From: Podarcis muralis | Taxonomy: Eukaryota | Length of the DNA: 64,000 bases | Direction: 5' to 3' | NCBI RefSeq assembly: GCF_964188315.1 | Contig: NC_135667.1 | Span: forward strand, 23,250,001 to 23,314,000 | Part shown: piece by piece, positions 23,121 through 35,693 of the stretch | Layout: each line of letters begins with the position of its first letter | Numbering within the stretch: position 1 is the first letter of the stretch | Translations under genes and position numbers: made by a program | The notes under the pieces: generated by a model | Databases searched by the model: none | What the model was told of the DNA's origin: nothing | Seen by the model: the letters and a program-made list of their open reading frames with translations, nothing else

Positions 23121-25256
23121 GGGCAGTCCAGATTAAAATGCAGGCTAGCACTGTCTGGCATTGTCTTGACAGTGCTGTCTGGGTGCTGGGGAAAACTTGC
23201 CTGTATGAGCAGCACTGATTCCACAAAAAGTTCCTGTCTGGAGGTAGTGTGTAACATTCAAAACGAGTTCTAATCCCGAACAGCCAAACATTGTTTTGAA
23301 TAGTTGATTTTGTTTTTTAAAAAAGAAAATGAAATTTAAGGTTGAGGTAGGCAGATTATTGACATTTCTCTTCAGCCAGGCATTTGGCTGATTGACATTC
23401 TATGGCCTTTAAAATATGTTTGTGAGAGTGGGATTATTGGTTTGTTTTTATTCTTGCTTTTGTTTTATTATAGATCATTGTGTTCTCATTTTGTATTTTT
23501 GTGTTGTGATTTTGGGATGAAGAGCTGTATACAAAGTTTAATAATAATAAGGCTGCCTGCTTTCCAGACTGAGGATACATTTGATGAGCTTGCAGCATTA
23601 ACACCCAAACAGCTCTCTCTCTCCCTCATTAGGTTCTGAGGCAGGGGGCAAACACAAAGCCTTGGACTCTTTGCACAAAGAGCAAGTCAAGCTGCCATAT
23701 CTTCCCAGCCCCAGATAAGACCAGACTGGACCCTGGCCTGCTGTTCTCCTTCCACTCAGGATGACATCACCTCCAGCCGGGGATTAGGCAGTGGCCTGCC
23801 CCCATCTTTGGGAAGCATCTTGAGCTCATAGTTTCTATGACAACACACCTGTGCTTGGCCAGCTCTTTTCAGTAATGCAAGGAGATGCTTAACAGACTTG
23901 GCTCAGGCAATTAATTTAACAAAGAGAACCAATTCGACTATTTCTGGCAGTTCCTTCTCTCCTACAGAATCCCACCATGCAGATTCTGAAGTCTCACAGC
24001 TTCAGATTGCTGCCTTCCATGTCTTGAAAAGTGACAGAAACACCAATGGCGAGGGGCAAATCTAATGTGTTTGGTCCCCACTGCCCCCTCTCACGTGTTG
24101 GAGTTAACAAAGTAATGTTTGAATGTGGTTACAGTGGTCAATGCTGGCATGTAGAAAACAAGTTACAGTGACCTCCATGTGTGGCCATATCATATTTACT
24201 GCCATGATCAAACTGTTTCCCTTTCACACATACGCTCATAATAGTCAGGTAGAAAAAGGGACAACCAAAATGGTTATTTGTGGGGAGAGGGGATTAGATG
24301 GGACAGAAGCAGTGATGTGTGAATTTGCCTTCTTTATTCAACCCACAGAATTCAGATTGCTTTTAACACATGGAGTCAGAGAGCACAAAGTATCCATTGC
24401 CCTCACTATGTGAGTGGCCTCACATAAAGAAAAATGAGTAAACCACCCAAGCTCAAACGCTTTGATTAAAACTTTCTAATCTGTATTGAGAAACAGCCCC
24501 AAACTCTGGTCTAACTTTGTGAGTGGCATTTACTGTAACTTGTGTTTACCTGAATGCCGTTCTTGCCATTTAGTGTCAGTTCCCAAAGGGGCTCCTCCCC
24601 AAAGCGGAAACCAAGCCAAGATCCTGCAATTAGGCTTAATTGTCAGAGGCAGCACTGGCGACAGGCTCAATTAAAAGGTGTTGTCAGGTGCACAAACTAA
24701 GTTTGGAATGAACTTTGCCAAATAGCTGATTATCTGGTACGGCAACTCTCCAGTCCCTTAGACACAGCTGCTGCCTCTCAGCCATCTCCGTTTAATAATA
24801 CCAACAAGCAAATGACACAGCTGGTGTCAGAAGGGAAACACAGAAGCGTTCAGGGCAGAGGAGGGGGGAGTTTCAAACTTTTTCTAGTGTGTGTGATTTC
24901 TCATGGTATACTCTGTACTCAGAAACGCAGGCAAAAAAATATTGCTAGACATTAACCTGATGCAATTGTAGAAAGCAAAACTAAATAAAGGCCTTCATAG
25001 TGTGAATGAATGTTTGGGCCTGTTTGGCATTACAAATCAGTTGAAACAGCAAGTGCTTTAAGCCTAATCCACACACACATAAAACCCCTCACTTGTGACT
25101 TGCTATAGCAGAGCTTTCCCGTCTTTTCTTGTTGGTGACACACTTTTTAGACATGCATCATTTCGCAACACAGTAATTCAGGTTTACTAGCAAACCGGAG
25201 TTTAACTAACCCCTTTCCAGCTCCAGGAGTAGTGCAGGGAGTGTTTCGCGACTCAC

Positions 25257-25284
25257 CTGCACACTGCAGCTGACACACTAACAT
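25257..25284 (-). other. Candidate first exon end of VWA5A-like gene (possible MLVCQLQCA + G, or 5'UTR exon)
   Basis: Perfect donor CAG|gtgagt; an upstream ATG gives a phase-1 end compatible with the VIT exon. No homology support. Confidence 0.3.
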
Positions 25285-25749
25285 GTCATGACACACAGTC
25301 TGGAAAGCTCTGTGCTATAGCTAGAGGGCTAGCAAATGTCCAATTGAATGCGTACAAGGGCCAGGATTGACCTCGGCTGGAATTTAGAGGACTGCACTGT
25401 GAAATAGCAGCGGTAGCATCCTCTGAGTGGTAGTGCTATACTTGTCAGGATAGGGGTGGGGTGAGGTGAGGTGGCAGCAAGGTCAGTGCAGCGGCTCCAA
25501 GTTGGTGGCAGGGCTCTGTGGGACTGCTGCCACCAACCTGAAGCTCTCCCAGCCTCACCACTGCTACATCCCTTTGGGGCCTAAGGAGCAAAGCACCGCC
25601 GCCACAAAGAGGACACTAGTGCTGCCCGCCTGCTATGAGCTGTTGCTGCTGTGAAGGTTGCTACAGATTTGGCATCACCATTATACTAAATCTGCCATCC
25701 TATACACACTTACCTGGGAGTAAGCTCTATTGAACTGTGTCTAGAACTA

Positions 25750-25973
25750 CAGTGGTACCTCGGGTTACATACGCTTCAGGTTACAGTTTCCGCTAACCCA
25801 GAAATATTACCATGTTAAGAACTTTGCTTCAGGATGAGAACAGAAATCGTGCAGCAGTGGCGCAGCAGGAGGAGGAGGCCCCATTAGCTAAAGTGGTGCT
25901 TCAGGTTAAGAACAGTTTCAGGTTAAGAACAGACCTCCAGAACGAATTGAGTTCTTAACCCGAGGTACCACTG
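25750..25973. mobile_element. Tc1/mariner (Tigger-like) MITE
   Basis: Same TIRs as 18848; TA TSD. Confidence 0.85.
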
Positions 25974-26314
25974 TATATCATAAGATTTCCCACCCCCGCC
26001 TCTGCTTAATACAACAGCACAGCAGACTGCATACAGCTAGTTATGGTCATAATTGTCAAATATACTACATTTCCTATGAAATCATATGCACTCTCTTGCT
26101 CTCTCTTGCTCCCTCTCTGTCTTTCTCGCAACCTAGCCTACTTTTCAGTGCCACTTGCTGTTCCCACGTTACAGAGACCGAACAGATCTCCACTAGAAGT
26201 GGGGCATTGAATGTCACCAGTCCTGTGCTGTGGAGATTCAGCAACCACCCTTGCTTTTCATTCTCAGGCATCTCTCCAAGACCTTTTAATATAGACAGGT
26301 TTATGTAACTGTTA

Positions 26315-26361
<47 letters not shown>

Positions 26362-26363
<2 letters not shown>

Positions 26364-26720
26364 ACGCAGGTGGTGCTGTGGGTAAAAGCCTCAGCGCCTA
26401 GGGCTTGCCGATCGAAAGGTTGGCGGTTTGAATCCCCGCGGCGGGGTGCGCTCCCGTTGTTCGGTCCCAGCACCTGCCAACCTAGCAGTTCAAAAGCACC
26501 CCCGGGTGCAAGTAGATAAATAGGGACCACTTACCAGCAGGAAGGTAAACGGCGTTCCGTGTGCTGCGCTGGCTCGCCAGATGCAGCTTTGTCACGCTGG
26601 CCAGGTGACCCGGAAGTGTCTGCGGACAGCACTGGCTCCCGGCCTCTTGAGTGAGATGGGCGCACAACCCTAGAGTCTGGCAAGACTGGCCCGTACGGGC
26701 AGGGGTACCTTTACCTTTAC
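26362..26720 (+). mobile_element. Sauria SINE inserted at a (TA)n microsatellite
   Basis: Head, body and (ACCTTT)n tail; (TA)n at 26318-26361. Confidence 0.9.
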
Positions 26721-26822
26721 ACATATATATGTGACAATATGCTACTCATTTTAATGGTCTTTTTACCATTTTATGATGTTTCCCATTTTATTGTATATAT
26801 TGTTGCCCACTACCATGATATA

Positions 26823-27056
26823 CAATGGTACCTCGGGTTACAGATGCTTCAGGTTACAGATGCTTCAGATTACAGACTCCACTAACCCAGAAATAGTACC
26901 TCCGGTTAAGAACTTTGCTTCAGGATGAGATCAGAAATCGCACGATGGCGGCAGCGGGAGGCCCCATTAGCTAAAGTGGTACCTCAGATTAAGAACAGTT
27001 TCAGGTTAAGAACAGACCTCTGGAACGAATTAAGTACTTAACCCGAGGTACCACTG
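26823..27056. mobile_element. Tc1/mariner (Tigger-like) MITE
   Basis: Same TIRs as 18848; TA TSD. Confidence 0.85.
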
Positions 27057-27778
27057 TATTTATCAACTGGTGATATTTAAATAGTTTTCTAAATAAATAT
27101 ATATATTGCTTCATTCTCACAGCCTCCAAACTTCCCTCCCATCTATAATACATCAGCAATCCTCTTTCACCATATAGTTTATTAATAATATCTTGACTCA
27201 GTCTCGCCATGTATCTATTTATTATATTAATATATTAGTGTTCCACCCTTCTTCACCCATGGAGCTCAATACATAAGAATTATCCCTTTCTTTCTTTCTT
27301 TTTACTTCTGTGTGAGGGCAGTTAGGCCCCGGGACAAAAGAGATGTGCTTGCCTTGATAAACATTCTACATTTATTGCACATAGTTACAATATACTTGTC
27401 ATTTGTACTGGTGTACAATTACTTAGGTGTTCCAGTTTGCATGTGACTTCTACATGTGTGGATAGGCTTGCCTAAACAAACCTGTTTTAAGCAGGCGCTG
27501 AAAAGAATACAGCAAAAGCCTAGTGTCAATAAGCAGGTGGGTCCAAAATACAGGTGCTGGTGTGGCACAATAAAAATATCTATTCCTTCTAAGTGTGGCA
27601 TTGTGTTTCCATAGGAATGGATTGTTAGAGCATTTTCCTTCCCCCCCCCCCTTTTTTTTTTTGACTGGCCAATAAATACCTGAAATACCTAAGAATGGTG
27701 AGATGTCTATGTGAAGGGAGACTGCAGTTTTGACACAATGGCTAAGGAGAACTGAATTAGGGTACTGTAAGCTAACAT

Positions 27779-28124
27779 GGGTGGTGCTGTGGGTTAAACC
27801 ACAGAGCCTAGGGCTTGTCGATCAGAATATTGGAGGTTCGAATCCCCGCGATGGCATGAGCTCCCCTTGCTCGGTCCCTTCTCTGGCCAACCTAGCAGTT
27901 CGAAAGCATGTAAAAGTGCAAGCAGATCAATAGGTACCGCTCCAGTGAGGAGAAGGTAAACAGTGTTTCCATGCGCTGCTCTGGTTCACCACAAGCTGCT
28001 TAGTCATGCTGGCCACATGACCTGGAAGCTGTACACCGGTTCCCTCGGCCAATAAAGCGAGATGAATGCCACAACCCCAGAGTCGTCCATGACTGGACCT
28101 AATGGTCAGGAGTCCCTTTACCTT
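27779..28124 (+). mobile_element. Sauria SINE (second subfamily)
   Basis: TSD taagctaacat; 3' end gactggacctaatggtcagg...cctttaccttt. Confidence 0.88.
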
Positions 28125-30053
28125 TAAGCTAACATACTTTGGGAGGCTGTCTGATATGGGAGGTAGTATTAGAATTTGGCTGTTGGAGTTGCTCAGCTGT
28201 TATATTTGTAAATTAACATAAGAATTACAAAATGCAAATAAGCCTCCAATACTCCTTTGCTAAAGGAACCAAATGTAAGCATCATGCCCCTGGAATTTCT
28301 CAACACTCAGAAAATAGCACTGAGCGTAACAATACACTTTAAAAAAAATAAAGGTCTTACATTGCATTTCCCCTGGAAAGGCCAACTATAACCTCGGGGC
28401 AATTCCAAAAGAAGCCCTGTTTCAACCACATGCAATCTAATATTCTTTCTTCTGAAGCCTCTCGATACTGTTTGTGGTTAAAAAAACAAAAACCCCAAAA
28501 AAGCAGAGAGGGGACAGGTTGTGTATACCCAGGTAGGTCTTTTTAGTAAGCAAAATTCCAAACAGAGAGATAGCTCAAGTTACTACATCTCATTGAGGAA
28601 AATTCTCCCTTCCTACCCTGTATACCTGTCTGTTCCCTCAGTACTGGCAAAAGGCTTGTTTTCTTCTCCACCACCAAATGGAGTTAAATACCTCTGACTG
28701 TAGAGTTTTGAATGCTCTATTTTATTTGTTGCCCGGGTATTTTTTTTCACAATTGTAACATAGGCAAACATCTACCTCCTGAAAATCCCAGTGAGATAAC
28801 ATTAGGGATTATGAATCATGCCCCCCAAACCCTCCAAAGGAAAACCCTCCTCACACTTTTTACTCCTTTAAGAGGCATAGCAGCAACAGGCATTTTCAAA
28901 GTGCAGAGACCAAAAATCACACCAGTTTAAGTTGTCTTTAAAAGTGCTTTTTATTATGTTGTTATATCAAAACCCTGACAGATAATTCAGAAAATTATTT
29001 CATACACGTCAGATTAAGTGGTTTTACAAATCGAAGCCCCAAAGTCAAGCTGTGCAGGAGATTATTATGCAAAGCAAAAGAAAAGAAGAAGAAAATCAGT
29101 GTACAATTCTATACCCGCTTAGCCCCATTTAACTCAATGGGAACAGATATACTATATAGAGAGAGGGTGTGTATATATAGGATTGTGCTGTTAATCTGCT
29201 TAAGGTGGTCTTCAATATTTATGCACGTCTTTAGATTAAGGCTCAGCCAAAAATTATCTGGGTTGAAACTGGGGTCGGGGGGGAGAGAACATTTCCACCA
29301 CTTGCCACATGGCCCAAGGGGAAAACATAAGTCATTGTCATGTATTTTCCTTCCCAGAGAATGTTGGGGGGGGAGGGATAAATTGTGGCTGGCAGCCATA
29401 CAGAGGGGCATTGCAACAAGCAGTGCATTTTTCAGGGGGTACTCGTACGCAGTACCGCTACCTCTCTTTTTTTGTTTTTGTTAAAAAGTGTAACACTTAC
29501 TGCAACAACTTCATGGTGAGTACTGGCACCTATTTTTCTAGGGCGGGGGGGGGGGGAGCACTGGCCACAAATAAGGCCTACATCCCCCACTCCCTTTGCC
29601 CTCTTTTTGCAATTCTCAAATAGTGATGAAATATATATCCCCCCCCCCCATTTTGCTACCTGTAAAAGGGAAAATAAAATTGCTGTGGAACATTTGGGGC
29701 CAGCATTCCTTCAAATTCTTGACCCTGCATCTACAAATATAGACATAGACAATGTGGAAAAACCACAGAGATTCTTGCAAAGCGTAATTCTTGGCAGGCC
29801 ACAACCTGACATCACTGGGATGATGAGGTCTCACAAATACAGCACTGTGGAGGAAAAGACAGAAGATGCATTCAGAAGTTAGTAGGGCACACCCTGATGT
29901 GGTTTCAGTCTCATTGCAAAGCTTTAGGGTTAGCAGAGAATGTGGCTTGTCCACCTACAAACTAAAATAATGTATCTCTTGCTCCATGACATGTTTAGAA
30001 AGGGGGGAATTGTGTGCAACAAATGTGGAAAATAAAGGTGCACTTATTGAGCA

Positions 30054-30404
30054 GGGATGCAGGTGGCGCTGTGGGTTAAACCACAGAGCCTAGGACTTGC
30101 CGATCAGAAGGTCAGCGGTTCGAAACCCCATGACGGGGTGAGCTACCGTTGCTCGGTCCCTGCTCCTGCCAACCTAGCAGTTCGAAAGCATGTCAAAGTG
30201 CAAGTAAATAAATAGGTACCGCTCCGGCGGGAAGGTAAACAGCGTTTCCATGCACTGCTTTGGTTCGCCAGAAGCGGCTTAGTCATGCTGGCCACATGAC
30301 CCAGAAGCTGTACTCCGTCTCCCTCGGCTGATAAAGCGAGATGAGCGCTGCAACCCCAGAGTCGGTCACGACTGGACCTAATGGTCAGGGGTCCCTTTAC
30401 CTTT
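30054..30404 (+). mobile_element. Sauria SINE (second subfamily)
   Basis: TSD ttattgagca. Confidence 0.9.
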
Positions 30405-30642
30405 TTATTGAGCATTAGAAAACCTGATGATGGAGGAATGCCCTGAGGGAAACAATGGGCAAAATGCACAGGAATATGCTGTTAACTTGCCTGTAAGTGA
30501 CTTCAGCAATGAAGTGTGGACTATTATAAACTATTTCTCTCCTCCTCCCTCTCTATCTGATGGCAGAGAGTCTGCAGCGAGGAGGAAGATTGGAGACTGC
30601 TGCCTGAAACAATGGCTTCATGAGTTTTTTATGGTGAGTTTG

Positions 30643-31456
30643 ATAAAGCGTGTTCTCCCTAGCAGAGAGCACGTGTTGCGGTTGGGAACAGGCCACCCTC
30701 CGGTGACTAGGCAAATTTAGTTGAATCCCGACCATTTAAATGGTTAAACTGGGTTGCTGGGGTGTTTTGATTGTTGCCAATTCGGAGGAGGGGTCAGAGT
30801 CTATATATACAGGGGCCAGACGTTGGCACGGCCTCTTGGCCGTTTTGCATCGGATCACCCGCCCTCCCGCCCTTTTATAGGGTGGTTTTTGTTTTGCTCG
30901 CTTGACCTTGCTATTGCCTGTCATGGGGTCGTCCGCCTTGGTGCGGGGGCCTAGTAGGAATTTTGCCATCTGGCTGATTGGCTGGTGCCATTTGGTTTTT
31001 GCCTACTACGTAGCAAATCGTCACAACTTGTAAGGTTGGCGGTTAGGCATTGGTTAAATTGGTGCTTGGAGGGGTAAGTGCCTACCCCTCCACATGATGC
31101 GAATGGGAATTCCGTTAAAGGAAATCCAGGGGCTTGCCATTCTTTCGTCCTTGTCCCCGGAGTCGGACTTGGGCCGTGCAAGCCCCACAGGAACATGAGG
31201 GTGAGAAGTGATGGTCTGATGCCCCGCCTCATTTCTCACCCAATACTTGTTTCCCACGCTGGCTTCCGCTGGTGTCCGGAAGGGCCAGCTCTGTCCCTGA
31301 GGGCAAGGACAGATAGTCATAACCAATGCCTAAGCAACCACTCACATTTTTTGTATTGAATAAAGTTGTGGCCAAAAATTATGCCAAAAACCTTAAACAA
31401 AAAATTGATGTGTGAAGTGTGAATTATTGGGGGGGCTACTGTGACTCAACACGCAA
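30643..31456 (+). mobile_element. Unclassified ~800-bp interspersed element (DIRS/Ngaro-like or LTR-like), copy 1
   Basis: Colinear similarity to 36697-37518; TATA-like tatatataca, aataaagttgtgg, internal inverted repeat. Confidence 0.6.
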
Positions 31457-31559
31457 TGGAGACTATTGCTGTTATTCTTTACCCTTCCTTGAAAAACAAA
31501 TAAAAAACTCTAGCTACTGTGAAATGTGGTGTTTGTCATAAACATAAGATTCAGAGGAG

Positions 31560-31720
31560 TCGAACAGTAAAAGATGGGAGTTTGCAGGCCCTCCTTCCTT
31601 GGAGGTTTCTAAGCAGAGGTTGCATGGTCATCTGCCATGGATGCTTTAGTTGAGATCCCTGCATTGCAGGGAGTTGGACTAGATGGCCCTTGGAGCCAAC
31701 TCTACAATTCTGTGATTCTA
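31560..31720 (+). mobile_element. CR1 LINE 3' end
   Basis: ggttggactagatggccc...ccaactctacaattctgtgattcta type terminus. Confidence 0.7.
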
Positions 31721-32502
31721 GAATTGCAAAGTGTGGAGATGCATTTCCACAAGTACACAAGAAGAATGCAATCTGCTCTTGAGAAACGTGACATATCCCT
31801 CTAACAAAAGAACAACATGGGTTGAGATACAAGCCACATTCACACCATACATTCTTAAGCACCGTGATACCATTTTGAACAGTTGTGGCTTCCCCCAAAG
31901 GATTTGTGAAGCGTAGTTTGTTAGGGGTGATGATAGTTGTCAGGACACTTCCATCCCCTACCCAGAGCTACAATTCCCAGAGAGGTTTAATCTCTCTTCC
32001 CAGGGAATGCCAGGAACTGTAGCTGAGGCCCTCGTGCCAAATGTGTCTCTGTGGATCTCTTCATCCAGACATCCCTGGGCCATATTCCTCACCAGCCCTG
32101 CTCATGAGTGCTTTTGCCTTCCTGCAATGTGTACTTGAACTGTGCTGCTGATACCTCTTGCTTGCCTGATGGAGGATCGAGAAGTGTGGTTATGGGTGTA
32201 GAAACCTCAGGGTTTTTGCATGGTTGGAATGGAGCCATGTGAACAAAAGTAAGAGTCTCATCCATTGCAGCACGGCCCACTTATGTTCTTGAACCCTCCC
32301 ATCACTGGCATGCGGCCTCTAGAAGGTTTCCCAGGAGGAATGTGGCCCCATGGCCCCCACCTCTAACTATCTTCTTTTTCAGGCTAACCTTTCCTGTGCT
32401 AAGGAATCTAGGGATTCCAAAAACCACTCCATATAGATCCATTTTAGTCATCCCCTCCACCACCAACACCAAGATTTAATTCCATCTCAGGCTGTCACGT
32501 AC

Positions 32503-32538
32503 CTTGATGTCCAGGACAGGCTTGGTTGTTATCCCAAC
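32503..32538 (-). CDS. Ecto-ART mini-exon (GWDNNQACPGHQ)
   Basis: Strong acceptor ctctctctctattctatag and donor AAG|gtacgt, 36 nt, phase 1-1. Confidence 0.65.
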
Positions 32539-33348
32539 CTATAGAATAGAGAGAGAGAAGCATTTTCCCCCCATTTAAACAACCATTCTCCCAATTCCCA
32601 TCTTATAGTCTGAGAACCTTAGAAGGGGCAAAATTCTGTATTTCTGTCTCTCCAATTTGTCTAGTTCAGTGTTTCCCAAAGTGGGTGATACTGCCCCTTG
32701 AGGGGTGCTAGAACAATCCGATGGGGGTGCTAGTAGCCTCAGGTTGGTGAATAAAAATAAGGGAGCTGTGGAAGGATAAAGAAAGAAGATAAGAAAATTT
32801 TGAAAAACTGTTCATACATGTTTCATCTGTTGCCTACCTGATGCCAACCACCAGGTCAACACCTCCCCTGAATCTGGCGGTTGTGCTGGAGGTGAGAGGT
32901 TTGGGTGAACCCTTTTTGGCCTTATCCAGGCCCAGGATGTAGATCATGGCTTGCCTGCCTATTGGGCCAATGGCAGGTGGTCTGTGACACCAGTGCCACC
33001 CCATGGGCTTTTAAATGCTTAAAGAAGGTAGATTTCCAGAGGCCACTAGTAAAACAATTTCTGAAAAGGGGGTAGTAGGCCAAAAAAGTGGGAACCTCTG
33101 GTCTAGTTCATAGTGGGAGGAGGATTTTAGAACTGATTATATACCCTGTACAGAAAAGAAAACATGTTTTTCCCTCATCCATTTAGGATGGTATTGGATG
33201 AAGAAAAAATTCACACATCCAATTTCTTCATGAAATTTACTTCTGCCCACCCACCCAACTACGCCAAACCCAACCCAGACAGGGAGGGATGAGGAATTAG
33301 AACTGGTGCCCCACAAAATGAAAAGCCCAGTAACTTCCATTTGGTTAC

Positions 33349-34057
33349 CTTTCCCCTCAAAAGCACAGTTGTGGTAGCTGCAATTCCCCACTGACTTGGC
33401 ATCTACGGTCTGGCCATCTGGGGTGTCTTCAACTGACGTGACCTTGAAAATCTCATAGGGGGGGACCAACACCTCCTCTTCTTTCAAAAGTGACATCTCA
33501 CTTATATCAATCCCCTCGCAGGTGAACAATTCGAAAAAGGTTACAGTGTGAAACACTTCGGCCACAATCGAGTTCTCTGATGTGGAAGTGAACTGCCCAA
33601 ACCTGAAGAGGTCATTGATGGAAAACTTCACACCAGTGCCCCTGTAGACCTTAACACATTTGTGGTCCTTTCGTTTGAATGACAGGGTTGCCTGGGTTAA
33701 GAGGAAATGCAGGGACTTGAAAGGGTAGGCCTCATATTCTTCAGGCCCTTTTCCTGCTGTGCGGGTGGCAGCATTGAACTCCATGTAGAGTGAAGGCCCA
33801 GTGTATGCCCAGATAGCCACTTCAGAGAGCTCTTCCATATTCTTGGGGTATAACTTGGACTGGTTCTCCTGCCAATTAAACAGTCCTTCCTCCCATGCTT
33901 CCTTATAGATCTCAGACATATTCAGCTCACTTAGAATGAGAGACGTCAGGATGCTCTGCATGCTCTCCAGGCAGCCTTCATACTTGTCATCGAGGGAGTA
34001 ATGTGCCATGTTCAATATCGGTTGGGATCTATTTGTTGACATTTCACTGGAGCCAGC
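33349..34057 (-). CDS. Ecto-ADP-ribosyltransferase (ARTC; ART1/ART5 family), catalytic exon
   Basis: LNMAHYSLDDKYEGC, AIWAYT, FNAATR, FKSLHFLLTQA, VYRG, FRFGQFTSTS and EEEVLVPPYE motifs (R-S-E triad). Donor AAG|gtaacc. Phase-0 acceptor atttgctccag is inferred. Confidence 0.93.
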
Positions 34058-35693
34058 CTGGAGCAAATTGATAATTGCATCATGTGAGTCATATGGCCTG
34101 TCAGAAAACATGTATGACAGTTTGCTGTTCACAATACAAGGCTCCCAATCCATTGTAAAGACAAGAGGCTGCGCCCTATGCATTGTTGGCTGAATGGTGA
34201 ATCACCTCCACCACATGGCCTCACCTCAAGCAGAGAATGGATGAGCTTAAAATGTTCAAACAGGCTGGCCTCATTTGAATCAGGAGCAGGAGACTGGTCC
34301 AACCCAAAATGGGCTTTGGAAAGGGTAATATGCAGAGGAGAGCAGGAGACTGAGCCTCTCCTTATTTGTAATTTACATGCTCTGTACATCATTACTTAAC
34401 GGGATGGAGCATTAGTAAAAGCCCCATGATCCCTGGAAGGTAATAATGCACATCGCACATCACACATAGCCAAGGAGAGGTCTTGCATGCATATCATGTT
34501 TAGGAACTGTAGATTATATTTGGAGACACATTGGCGGGTCTCTGTGGTGTTGCCTCAGCTTTGGAACTCCCTGCCCCTTGAAATCCAGCTGATGTCTACA
34601 TTGTCTTCCGTTAAACACCAGCTTGGAGCATGGTTTTTTGTGATTGCTGTTGAGGATCACCTGTGATATACTTTGGCCATATATTTTTATGGGTTCTATA
34701 GATGTGTTTTGATTAATTTACTGAAGTTGTGTACTTCATCCGGAGATCTTCAGATTAAAGGAGCAATACAAATGCTTTAAGCAAATAAAGAATGTGCAGT
34801 CAAGGAGATACCTTGCTGCTGCTCTGTTTTTCCAAATTATGTGCCCTGCATGTAATTTCCTGCCAAGAATCAGGGACTTGTAATCCAGCACTGTGATGTG
34901 CATTCCATTAGGAAATGATGTGTGATGCACCAGGTACAGCTGAGGTTAGACTTCTCATCTTCTCATCCACCCTCCACTATCAACTCCTATATCTCCCTTC
35001 TCTGAGAAAAGTGGGGGCATGACAGCAGCATAGGTGGTGAGTATTTGACTTGAAAAAAAGTCCCGTTAGACAGCCTGCTCTTTCCTAACAACACCACCCA
35101 GACAGCTTCAAAAAAACAAAACAAAGGTTATTGTCTTAGTTTGGTCAGTAGTCATATAATGCAAAAAAAAAAAAAAGAGGCATGGGACATATAACCTGAG
35201 ACAGCTCACAACTGCATACTCCATTCTCTTTCTAAATTCTGTTTGTCTCTCAATTTCACCATCTTTAAGAACCAGTTGTGAGTATAACAGAATAAGACTC
35301 TGGAAGAGCAAGCATTTGATCACATATTAATCCAATGGCAAGATATAGGGAACTTTTGCTGAACCCATGGACCTTCTTGCAAGGCCTAAGTGCCCATAGC
35401 CATCTCCTTAGCACTACCAAGATTTACCACAGTAGATTCCTTCCAAACCTGGGGCAACCCTTGGGTTAGAGAAAGCCTAGCTTTCTCTAATTCAGGAGTG
35501 GGGGATCTTTGGCCCTCCAGATGCTGCTGAACTACAACTCCCATCAGTCCAAGCAAATATGGCCTGTAGCCAGGAATGATGGGAGTTGTAGTTCAGCAAC
35601 ATATGAGGGGCCAAAGGTTCTCTGCACCTCCTCTAATTAGTCATTCTTTGTTCATCGATAGCCACACAAAGCAGGGAAGGACATAGGACTTAC

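Noticed and set aside
25706-25720. acttacctgg as a U1 snRNA fragment
   Set aside because: Only 10 nt, and it continues into a common small palindromic repeat rather than U1.
29760-29815. MSGCGL on the - strand as the missing VWA5A first exon
   Set aside because: Resembles the M..CGL start, but no phase-1 donor follows at the expected distance.
31195-31260. Hammerhead ribozyme (Penelope-like) in the unclassified element
   Set aside because: ctgatg is present but the CUGANGA core is incomplete, and I found no GAAA or paired stems.
33137-34183. Single-exon 348-aa ART as given in the ORF track
   Set aside because: The N- and C-terminal extensions are intron read-through; a signal exon at 35694-35765 and a donor at 33348 fit better.
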